From: Crocosphaera subtropica ATCC 51142
GTDB taxonomy: Bacteria; Cyanobacteriota; Cyanobacteriia; Cyanobacteriales; Microcystaceae
Assembly: GCF_000017845.1 (NCBI RefSeq)
Contig: NC_010546.1
Coordinates: forward strand, 60,001 to 92,000
Direction: 5' to 3'
DNA length: 32,000 nucleotides
A program made the position numbers and the translations under genes. This document shows, piece by piece, positions 1 through 7,675 of the stretch. Within the stretch, counting starts at the first letter, position 1; each line of letters starts with the position of its first letter. A model generated the notes under the pieces. The model worked only from the letters and a program-made list of their open reading frames with translations, had not been told where the DNA came from and searched no databases.

Positions 1-1582
1 TTCTCTGGTCATCACTGAGAGGAACGACGTGATTACCCTGATAAACCGCCGTACATCTCTCTAAAACAATCTCTGGAGAACCCTTAGTCAACATGAGATA
101 GGAACTCGAAACCAGAGAAGAAAATTCTGCTTCTAACGTCTCTTCCGTTGTCTTGTTGTTGGAAAAGACTCTGACAATCACAGACATCCGTTTTCGTGCC
201 GAAGAAAAGGGAATTTCGGCAACACGGGGCATTTCTAGCCATAAATCTTCCCGATACAGTCCCCCTTTCCCTGCCAGGGTTAATAAAGCCCCTTCGGTGG
301 GATCGCCTAAAATTTCCCAATGTTGGCCTCGTTTCTGTAATAAAGCATCATTACAAAGCACACAAGCCGTTAACAGTTGTTTAACTTCTTCGTTAATCTC
401 GTATTCATCACTATCCTGGGCGATAATCTCCCCATCAGGGGCGTATCCTTCCCCCGTTACCTGATAAGCATAGGTTCCCGTTTGTATCTGCTGGACAACC
501 ATCTTATTTTGGGTCAAAGTTCCTGTTTTATCGGAACAAATAGTGGTGACTGACCCCAAGGTTTCTACGGCCGGTAATTTACGAATTAAAGCATGACGGC
601 GTACCATGCGCTGGGTTCCAATGGCTAAGGTGACGGTGACAACAGCCGGCAACCCTTCGGGAACCACAGCAACCGCCATACTCAAGGAAACTTCCAGAAG
701 TTCCTCAAAATTTTGCCATCCTGACCGTAAAACTCCGACAAAGACCACTAAAACCACTAAAACCAAAGAACTACTCACCAAAACATTCCCTAATTGGGAC
801 ATCCGTTGTTGTAAGGGGGTGTCTTCTGTTTCCACTCCTTGGATGAGGCTGGCAATACGGCCGATCTCTGTATCCATGCCAATATGGGTGATCAAGACTT
901 TAGCCCGGCCTTGAACCACTTCTGTTCCTTGAAAGACTAAATTTAAGCGATCGCCTAAAGGGGCATCTTCTGGCAGAATAATCTCAGCTTGTTTATTGAC
1001 GGTTTCCGCTTCTCCAGTTAAAGCCGACTCTCGAATTTGTAGGTTTTGGGCTTCTATTAAACGACCATCGGCCGCAATATGGACTCCGGCCTCTAGTAAC
1101 ATGATGTCTCCGGGGACTAATTCTTTCGCTGAGATTTCTTGGACGTTACCGTGACGAATCACCCTGACTTTGGGAGAAGATAGACGTTTCAGGGCGGCCA
1201 GAGCTTTTTCTGCCCGACTTTCTTGTAAATAGCCCAATAATCCATTTAAAACGACAATAGAAAAAATGGCCACGGCATCTTTAGGAAAGGTTCCTTTTCG
1301 CATATCTAAAACCGCAGAAATGACAGCAACCGCCATCAGCATCACCAGCATAATATTGGTAAACTGTTCCCATAAAATAGTCAGGGGAGAACGGCCACCC
1401 GTGTCCTTGAGTTCATTGGGGCCAAAATATTTCTGCCGTTGGTGGACTTGGTCTAAGGTTAATCCTTGATCTTGATCGCTGTGAAATTTGTTTAAGGAGT
1501 CTTCCGCCGATAGGGTATGCCAAGGAAAGCCAATTTCAGGGAAAACAGGAGAAACTTGATTAGAAGTGGTAGGAAAGGTCAT
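1..1582 (-). CDS. P-type cation-transporting ATPase (type IIA, Ca2+-ATPase/PacL-like), N-terminal ~527 aa; the 3' part lies beyond the left edge
   Basis: Absent from the supplied ORF track because it has no in-window stop. My reverse translation from the ATG (reverse complement of 1580-1582) reads [10 protein letters not shown]...[14 protein letters not shown]...LTGEAETV...[18 protein letters not shown]...[14 protein letters not shown]...[13 protein letters not shown], open down to position 2. The DKTGT phosphorylation motif is encoded at about 513-539, and the TGE actuator motif is present. Confidence 0.9.
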   Translation of the reverse strand, partial: MTFPTTSNQVSPVFPEIGFPWHTLSAEDSLNKFHSDQDQGLTLDQVHQRQKYFGPNELKDTGGRSPLTILWEQFTNIMLVMLMAVAVISAVLDMRKGTFPKDAVAIFSIVVLNGLLGYLQESRAEKALAALKRLSSPKVRVIRHGNVQEISAKELVPGDIMLLEAGVHIAADGRLIEAQNLQIRESALTGEAETVNKQAEIILPEDAPLGDRLNLVFQGTEVVQGRAKVLITHIGMDTEIGRIASLIQGVETEDTPLQQRMSQLGNVLVSSSLVLVVLVVFVGVLRSGWQNFEELLEVSLSMAVAVVPEGLPAVVTVTLAIGTQRMVRRHALIRKLPAVETLGSVTTICSDKTGTLTQNKMVVQQIQTGTYAYQVTGEGYAPDGEIIAQDSDEYEINEEVKQLLTACVLCNDALLQKRGQHWEILGDPTEGALLTLAGKGGLYREDLWLEMPRVAEIPFSSARKRMSVIVRVFSNNKTTEETLEAEFSSLVSSSYLMLTKGSPEIVLERCTAVYQGNHVVPLSDDQR

Positions 1583-1603
1583 AGTAGTAGTGTTTTAAGG
1601 GAA

Positions 1604-2221
1604 TTATTGAAAAATTTGGGGTAAAAGTTGCGGGGTAGACCAGGCTAAATAGCCAAGGAAACCAAAAAATAGAGTGTTCATGGCAGTGAGGACATAACCG
1701 ACGCAGATCAACAGCCCATCGGTTTCTAAGGTAGCCACCGCCAAAACTAAAATACCGATGGTGGGAATAGGGTTAGTAAAGGGGATCGGTAGCATGAGTA
1801 AAATGGCTAACCAAGCCATGCACAGTCCATTACCTCGCCAAACAAAGGGATGGTTAGCTACCTGAAAAAAGCGAGGACGGCAGAATTTTTCGAGCCATTT
1901 TGTCACTTTTTTCAGATTTTTGAGTAAATGTTTCGTCAAACTTTTAGGAAATTGAAAAGTTGCTACCTGTTTCGGTAACCAAGGCGATCGCCGTCCCAAG
2001 GCCATTTGTAGGGATAATAGGAGACAGCCTCCCCCCAAAATACTCGAAAATCCTGGTGGCATAGGAAAGAGAAAGGGTAATACTAATAAACTAATAGTCA
2101 GACAAAATCCCCGTTCGGAGGTTTGGCACAGAATTTCCCTTAATGTTAGGGGATGAAGTATCAAATGATGGAGTAAGGTTTCAATATCTTGTGAAAATTT
2201 TAAATTCATCGAGTAAAGCAA
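1604..2221 (-). CDS. ExoD-like (exopolysaccharide synthesis ExoD family) membrane protein
   Basis: 205-aa ORF. The pattern ERGFCLTISLLVLPFLFPMPPGFSSILG...LGRRSPWLP...LPIPFTNPIPTIGILVLAVATLETDGLL matches the ExoD family layout as I remember it. It sits 21 bp upstream of the ATPase start on the same strand. Confidence 0.7.
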   Translation of the reverse strand: MLYSMNLKFSQDIETLLHHLILHPLTLREILCQTSERGFCLTISLLVLPFLFPMPPGFSSILGGGCLLLSLQMALGRRSPWLPKQVATFQFPKSLTKHLLKNLKKVTKWLEKFCRPRFFQVANHPFVWRGNGLCMAWLAILLMLPIPFTNPIPTIGILVLAVATLETDGLLICVGYVLTAMNTLFFGFLGYLAWSTPQLLPQIFQ

Positions 2222-2290
2222 TCCATATCAATCATATTTAGTCATTAATTCTTTTAAATTCGCAAAAGAATTCAATCTACCCTTATTCTT

Positions 2291-2316
2291 TAGGGGCGAA
2301 CTTTTGTTCACCCCTA
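2291..2316. repeat. Palindromic hairpin element TAGGGGCGAAC-TTTT-GTTCACCCCTA (11-bp stem, one mismatch)
   Basis: Read directly from the sequence. It lies in the long 2222-2923 intergenic region and has no flanking U-tract on either strand. Confidence 0.6.
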
Positions 2317-2923
2317 GAAAATAGATATAAAAAGAAATTTAGCTATTTTCATCAAAAAAATGCTAAAAGGTCTTTTATTTGGAATTTATGGAAGTCTTTT
2401 TATGTTTTTATTGATATATCATCGGTTTTACCTCAATTTTCAAACAACAATCTAAGTTAAAGTAGCGTCAAACTCAGAGTCACTGAATGAAATCAAGGCA
2501 CTTGGTCAAAATGCCGATTTTTCAGTCTCCTCTCATTGCCGACGAGGTTAGCTGACGGGCTAGGATTGAGAGTTATCCCTTTCTAGTTGGCGTTTCCCTA
2601 GAAATGCGCCCCACTGTTGGTTCCCCCGCTTTCTCCTTTTCCCTTTGTAGGGTCTGGAGAAACTAGGCTGACTTTCCTTTACTCTATTTATTACCTAACT
2701 GAGATAAATTTGTCAAGGGGTTTAGCCTATTTTTTAATTTTTTTTCACTTTTCCATCAAAAGTTAATGATTTGAGTCAATTACTTGATTTTCAACCCATA
2801 CAATCTATTCTATTTAATCCTTGTTATATAATAAAAAAGAATGATAAATCAGAGAATACTAATAGTTTACTTACCTTTGCCATTAACTCTTTTAATTAAT
2901 TCAAAATCAATCAATTTTAGTCT

Positions 2924-4537
2924 ATGCCTCTTCCTCGTTTAATTATTTTAATTCTTGGCTTAAGTGTAATTCTCGGATTAATTATTTGGTTAATTAACTC
3001 TATTTACCGACTTTATATATCCATTTCTTTTACGGCTCCCCTATTAGCTAATTTTCTTATTTTTCTCATTATGGGATTATTAGGATTATTAATCTATGCT
3101 TTTATTTATTATTTTAATATTTTTTCTTCTCGTCGCTCTAAACGTCGTCGTGATCAGCGTTATCGTCACCTAAAATTACCCGAACAAAAAACCGAAGCTG
3201 CTCAAGAAAACTTAAACGCTATTCGCAGACAACTAGAAACCATTCAAGATAAAGTAGCACAAAAAGCATTATTAAATCGCTCCCAAGAAATTGCTGAAAA
3301 TTTAAACAGAGGAGAGTTTAAAGTCGTTATTTTTGGCACAGGATCAGCCGGAAAAACATCTTTAGTCAACGCCTTACTAGGAGAAATTATCGGTCAAGTT
3401 CAAGCAACAATGGGAACGACAAAAATAGGAGAAACCTATGCTCTAAAATTAAAAGGGTTATCCAGAGAAATACTAATTACTGATACCCCTGGCATCCTAG
3501 AAGCAGGAATAGAAGGAACAGAACGAGAAAAATTAGCGAGACAGTTAGCAACTGAAGCTGATTTACTATTATTTGTAGTAGACAATGATTTAAGACAATC
3601 GGAATATAAACCCTTACAAATTTTAGTTGATATTGGTAAGCGATCGCTTTTGGTTTTTAATAAAGTGGATCTTTATACCGAAGAAGAAGAAACACAAATC
3701 CTGCAACAACTCAGAGAAAGGGTTAAATCATTTATACCCGAACAAGATGTTATTTCTGTTGCAGCTAATCCCCAAACCTTTCCATCCCAAACCGGTCAAA
3801 CTATACAACCGTCCCCTGATATTCTTCCCCTAATTAAACGACTGGCAACTATTTTAAGAGCAGAAGGAGAGGACTTAATTGCTGATAATATTTTACTGCA
3901 ATCTCAACGATTGGGAGAAGAAGCTAGACAACTTATTGATCGTCAAAGAAAACGACAAAGTGATCAGATTATTGATCGTTATCAATGGATTAGTGCCGGG
4001 GTAATTGCTGTTACGCCTTTACCCGTGGTTGATATGTTAGCAACGGCTGCGGTTAATGCCCAAATGGTAATCGAAATCGGCAAAGTTTATGGGTGCGAAA
4101 TTAATAGCGATCGGGGTAAAGAATTAGCCCTATCCTTGGGTAAAACCTTAGTCAGTTTAGGGGTGGTTAAAGGGGCGGTGGATCTCCTAGGCAAAGCCTT
4201 ACAATTGCATATAGCCACCTATTTAGTCGGTAAAGCTATTCAAGGGGTAACCGCAGCTTATTTAACCCGTATTGCTGGTAAGAGTTTTGTTGAATATTTC
4301 CGTCAAGATCAAGACTGGGGTGATGGAGGTATAACAGAAGTAGTACAAAGACAGTTTCAATTGAGTCGAAAAGATGAATTTCTCAAAGCTTTTGTAAAAG
4401 ATGCCATTACCAAAGTCGTGAAACCTTTATCAGACAGTTGGGAAGAAGAGACAGAAGAGATAGAAGATAGCACACTCCTCAAACAACCTCCTCTGCAACA
4501 ACAAGCCGTCTTAGAAGAAGAGGAGGATGATTGGTAA
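2924..4537 (+). CDS. Membrane-anchored GTP-binding protein (Era/EngA-like G domain plus C-terminal DUF697-like region)
   Basis: 537-aa ORF with N-terminal hydrophobic segments. It carries a P-loop (GTGSAGKTSLVNALLG), a DTPG motif and an NKVD motif. A C-terminal hydrophobic/glycine-rich region and an acidic tail are typical of cyanobacterial GTPase-DUF697 proteins. Confidence 0.8.
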   Translation: MPLPRLIILILGLSVILGLIIWLINSIYRLYISISFTAPLLANFLIFLIMGLLGLLIYAFIYYFNIFSSRRSKRRRDQRYRHLKLPEQKTEAAQENLNAIRRQLETIQDKVAQKALLNRSQEIAENLNRGEFKVVIFGTGSAGKTSLVNALLGEIIGQVQATMGTTKIGETYALKLKGLSREILITDTPGILEAGIEGTEREKLARQLATEADLLLFVVDNDLRQSEYKPLQILVDIGKRSLLVFNKVDLYTEEEETQILQQLRERVKSFIPEQDVISVAANPQTFPSQTGQTIQPSPDILPLIKRLATILRAEGEDLIADNILLQSQRLGEEARQLIDRQRKRQSDQIIDRYQWISAGVIAVTPLPVVDMLATAAVNAQMVIEIGKVYGCEINSDRGKELALSLGKTLVSLGVVKGAVDLLGKALQLHIATYLVGKAIQGVTAAYLTRIAGKSFVEYFRQDQDWGDGGITEVVQRQFQLSRKDEFLKAFVKDAITKVVKPLSDSWEEETEEIEDSTLLKQPPLQQQAVLEEEEDDW

Positions 4538-4591
4538 ACTCCAATCTTGCATCTTGTTTTAAGTTAGCTAGTTTTTACATGGAAAAAATCT

Positions 4592-4626
4592 CAACGCTGA
4601 ACCCCGAACTCTGAACTCCGAACGCT
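4592..4626. repeat. Tandem heptamer repeat (CAACGCT GAACCCC GAACTCT GAACTCC GAACGCT), STRR-like
   Basis: Five consecutive 7-nt units with a GAACNCN core, read directly. The repeat is intergenic, downstream of the GTPase gene. Confidence 0.75.
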
Positions 4627-4701
4627 AGTCAGTTACATTTCATCGAAATTTGATATAAGATCACTTAGTAGACCTATTATTTATCAGGAAAATAACTCAT
4701 T

Positions 4702-4992
4702 ATGGATAGTTCCATTACCCAATTAATTTTTCAAACCCTCAGCGCATTTCTTAACATCTATTTAGTATTACTCTTTGTTCGCATTCTCTTATCGTGGTTT
4801 CAAAGCGCAGAATGGGCGATGAATGCCATGTCTTTTTTAAGTCCCATTACTGACCCTTATCTTAACATTTTCCGTTCTATTATTCCCCCATTAGGTGGTA
4901 TCGATTTTTCTGCCATTTTAGCGATTTTGGCTTTACAATTTCTTTCGAGTGCCATCGATAGCTTATATGTTTCTAGCATGACAGGATTTTAA
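4702..4992 (+). CDS. YggT family membrane protein (Ycf19-like)
   Basis: 96-aa ORF. LLSWF...PITDPYLNIFRSIIPPLGGIDFSAILAILALQF is the characteristic YGGT repeat pattern. Confidence 0.85.
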   Translation: MDSSITQLIFQTLSAFLNIYLVLLFVRILLSWFQSAEWAMNAMSFLSPITDPYLNIFRSIIPPLGGIDFSAILAILALQFLSSAIDSLYVSSMTGF

Positions 4993-5000
4993 ATGAGTAG

Positions 5001-5165
5001 AAAAATACCCCATCCCGATTAAGCTGTTGTCTATTTAAACAGGATATTTAAAGCTTTAGTACAAAGGCTTAAACTCTTTCTCCTGCGATCCCTTTGCTCC
5101 CTGCTCTCATGCAGTCTAAACTAGCAACTTAAATGATTAACAGCTTATGATGGGGCATTTTTTTT
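5001..5165. terminator. Long imperfect inverted repeat between convergent genes, a candidate bidirectional intrinsic terminator or MITE-like insert
   Basis: CCCCATC (5008-5014) pairs with GATGGGG (5148-5154), and AAGCTGTT (5021-5028) pairs with AACAGCTT (5139-5146). The element is flanked by an A-run (5001-5005) and a 9-T run (5157-5165). It fills the gap between the YggT stop (4992) and the stop of the minus-strand gene (5167). Confidence 0.5.
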
Positions 5166-5166
5166 G

Positions 5167-5616
5167 TTAAAAAATAGGACTTACTTTTGTGGTAAACCCA
5201 GACGCTTTAAATTTCTTCAATTTTAATGGAGTTGGTTGATTCGCTGGAACCGTAATTCTGACTTCAAAATCGCTCACTCCTGGGGGAACTTCTGCAATGG
5301 AACCTACACGACTTCTGTTTTGTAAAGCAGGTTCATTATTAGCATCTAAAATCCGTCCGAAAACATCAGCATCATAAACGGTTTTACCCGATGTATTTTT
5401 AGCTTTTCCTGTGATAATGTAACAGTCGGCAGGAAGACTGGAACCCCCACTGGTAACATTGCCTTCTGCTAGTTCTGGCGGACAATCTTTATAAGAAATA
5501 TCGAATAAATCAATATTAGTTAAAGCCAAAGCTGGTTGACTCCAGAAGCTGGTGAGTAAAGAGAAGACACACCCTATTATTATTGCGATCGCATAGGTTC
5601 TAATAGACTGTAACAT
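5167..5616 (-). CDS. Hypothetical exported protein (N-terminal signal-like segment ending ALALT)
   Basis: 149-aa ORF with a hydrophobic N-terminus followed by a soluble Gly/Ser/Asn-rich domain. I recognised no family motif. Confidence 0.6.
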   Translation of the reverse strand: MLQSIRTYAIAIIIGCVFSLLTSFWSQPALALTNIDLFDISYKDCPPELAEGNVTSGGSSLPADCYIITGKAKNTSGKTVYDADVFGRILDANNEPALQNRSRVGSIAEVPPGVSDFEVRITVPANQPTPLKLKKFKASGFTTKVSPIF

Positions 5617-5710
5617 TAATTATTTCCTCAACTTGTGGTCTTATAGGTAATATAGGCTTCTTGATTATTATAATAACAAGATAACTCATCTCAATTTACA
5701 AAATTATCTC

Positions 5711-6640
5711 ATGGTTCGGCGTTTTATCCAATGTTTACCCATCCTGTTAGCTGTCTCTTTATTAACTCTTTCTATTGTCACCATTACCCATGAGTTTAAA
5801 GCCCATAATCCCACTGAAATTTTACACTATTTAAGTAACCTTCCTACAACTCGCAAAATAGGTGTCATTGCCTTGACAAGTTTAGGCTATTTCATTATGA
5901 CAGGTTACGATTTTTTGGGATTTCATTATATTGATAAGTTCTTAAAACCCTCTAAAATTATTATTACCGCTTTCATTAGTTATGCCGTGGGTAATACTAT
6001 TGGTTTTACCGCTTTTTCTGGAACAGCAATTCGTTACCGTTTTTATGGGAGTTGGGGCATTTCTAAGCTAAAAATTGCTCAATTGATTATCTTTACTCAT
6101 TTGACTTTTTGGGTTGGTTTATTAGGAGTTAGTGGTGTTGTTTTTTTGATTGATCCTTTAAGTTTACCCAATATTTTAAATCTACCTTTTCAATCTGCTC
6201 ATCCCATTGGTTTTATCTTTTTAATTTTAGTTTCTGTTTATTTTTTAATTAGCTTTTTTAGAAAACGACCTTTAAAAATTGGCTCAGAATTCATTAATTT
6301 TCCTTCGCCTAAAATCTCTTTAGCTTCTATTGGCATTGCTGCTATGGACTGGGGAGTAGCTTCAGGGGTATTATATTTATTACTTCCCTTATCAAAAATT
6401 GTTTCATTTCCTGGCTTTTTTGGAATTTATATTTTAGGATTAACGGCTGGTTTAATTAGTAATGTTCCTGGAGGATTAGGGGTTTTTGAAACCGTGATTT
6501 TATTATCCCTTCCTAATACTATTTCTCAAGCCGATATCTTAGGAGGATTAATTGCTTATCGAGCTATTTATTACTTTTTACCCTTGATAGTTGCCATTAT
6601 TTTGTTGATCATTAAAGAAATACAACAACAAAGAGTTTAA
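5711..6640 (+). CDS. UPF0104 / lysylphosphatidylglycerol-synthase-TM-region-like (flippase-like) integral membrane protein
   Basis: 309-aa polytopic ORF. The PGGLGVFE motif near the C-terminus is typical of this family. Confidence 0.7.
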   Translation: MVRRFIQCLPILLAVSLLTLSIVTITHEFKAHNPTEILHYLSNLPTTRKIGVIALTSLGYFIMTGYDFLGFHYIDKFLKPSKIIITAFISYAVGNTIGFTAFSGTAIRYRFYGSWGISKLKIAQLIIFTHLTFWVGLLGVSGVVFLIDPLSLPNILNLPFQSAHPIGFIFLILVSVYFLISFFRKRPLKIGSEFINFPSPKISLASIGIAAMDWGVASGVLYLLLPLSKIVSFPGFFGIYILGLTAGLISNVPGGLGVFETVILLSLPNTISQADILGGLIAYRAIYYFLPLIVAIILLIIKEIQQQRV

Positions 6641-6939
6641 GGAGTTAAGATATAATAAAAATAATTATTAATAACAATGAAATAAAATGATGAAAATGTG
6701 GTTACGGACTAACTATTAACTATATAGAGCTATTTTGTCAAGTTAATTCTTTATTAAGACGATTTTAAGTTGTTTTTTAAGTTTTTAGAGGATTTATAAG
6801 TATCACTATTTTGAAACCATAATCCTAGTGCTAGGGTTTTGAGGTGGTTACTGTAGCGCAATAGTTAATAAGACAGGAATTTCGATTAAACTTATTTATA
6901 GTTAACTTTATTAACCATTGATTCAGAAAAATAACAGCC

Positions 6940-7189
6940 ATGCTTAAGAGTTATGACGTTACCATAGAAGGCGTTGCCGTAGGCACTTGCAAAGCAAGAC
7001 CGCATTAAGTGGTTAAGGGAAAAGCCCAAAGGAAAGACAAACCGCGCCATTATTGTCATTGAAGAAGAAACCCCAGTTTCCTCAACTTCCCAAAAAACAA
7101 CCCCTGCTCATTTAATTGGTAAAGGGAAAACAGTAGGAGATATTGTTAGTCCAATAGTCGATCAAGAAGATTGGGAATGTCTTAAATGA
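6940..7189 (+). pseudogene. Disrupted antitoxin gene upstream of vapC (N-terminal and C-terminal parts lie in different frames)
   Basis: The frame from ATG 6940 gives MLKSYDVTIEGVAVGTCKARPH and stops at 7006-7008. A second frame is open from 6983 to TGA 7187-7189 and gives ...DRIKWLREKPKGKTNRAIIVIEEETPV...[23 protein letters not shown]. That frame has no ATG/GTG/TTG start and overlaps the PIN ATG as ATGA. Joined, the two pieces look like a small cyanobacterial antitoxin. Confidence 0.55.
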
Positions 7190-7575
7190 TTGTTCTTGAT
7201 ACTCATATTTGGTTTTGGTATATCAATGAAAGTTTTGAGCAGTTTCCTTTAGAATGGGTAGAAAAAATTCGACAAGCCGAGGGAGTCGGAGTGTCATCAA
7301 TTTCTTGTTATAAAATTGTTTTGGCTCATAGCAAAGGTCGTTTAGAAATCAATATGGATATTCAACAATGGCTGATAGATGCTTTAGAGCCTTCAGGTCG
7401 TGAATTATTACCTTTGACAGCAGAAATTGCAGTTAGAGCCGTTAATTTGTCTCCTATTCACAAAGACCCATTCGACCGTATCATCATCACTACATCCCTA
7501 AAATATCAAGCAAAGTTAGCTAGTATTGATGGTTTATTGAGACAATATCCAGAACTTAAGAATTATTTGATGTAA
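7186..7575 (+). CDS. vapC: PIN-domain ribonuclease toxin (VapC family)
   Basis: 129-aa ORF. It starts [12 protein letters not shown] and carries [13 protein letters not shown] near the C-terminus, which is the usual PIN acidic-residue layout. It has an ATGA overlap with the upstream antitoxin-like frame. Confidence 0.8.
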   Translation: MIVLDTHIWFWYINESFEQFPLEWVEKIRQAEGVGVSSISCYKIVLAHSKGRLEINMDIQQWLIDALEPSGRELLPLTAEIAVRAVNLSPIHKDPFDRIIITTSLKYQAKLASIDGLLRQYPELKNYLM

Positions 7576-7675
7576 TTTTAAAAAAGGGTTTAGTCAAGTT
7601 GGTAAAGACTTCCCCTCAGCTAAGATAAATTTTATAATAAATCTTAATCCTTTAATCTGCCACTCTATCACATCC

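Noticed and set aside
84-1469. Track ORFs 84-320(-), 153-464(+), 196-384(+), 606-914(+) and 1266-1469(+)
   Set aside because: All lie inside or antisense to the long open minus-strand frame encoding the P-type ATPase with DKTGT and TGE motifs. They have low-complexity translations and no motifs.
2461-2700. Fragments resembling known RNA motifs: AGTAGCGTC (Mn2+ yybP-ykoY-like) on the plus strand, AGGAAAGTC (RNase P P4-like) on the minus strand, and CCCCACTGT (B12-riboswitch-like)
   Set aside because: Each is an isolated short match without the accompanying conserved elements of its family, so none supports a call.
3627-3833. 68-aa alternate-frame ORF inside the GTPase gene
   Set aside because: It is embedded in a well-supported CDS and its translation is lysine/phenylalanine-rich junk.
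7576-7675. Looked for a cobalamin or SAM/SAH riboswitch ahead of metH
   Set aside because: The leader is only 100 bp of AT-rich sequence, with no B12-box or other conserved riboswitch core that I can recognise.
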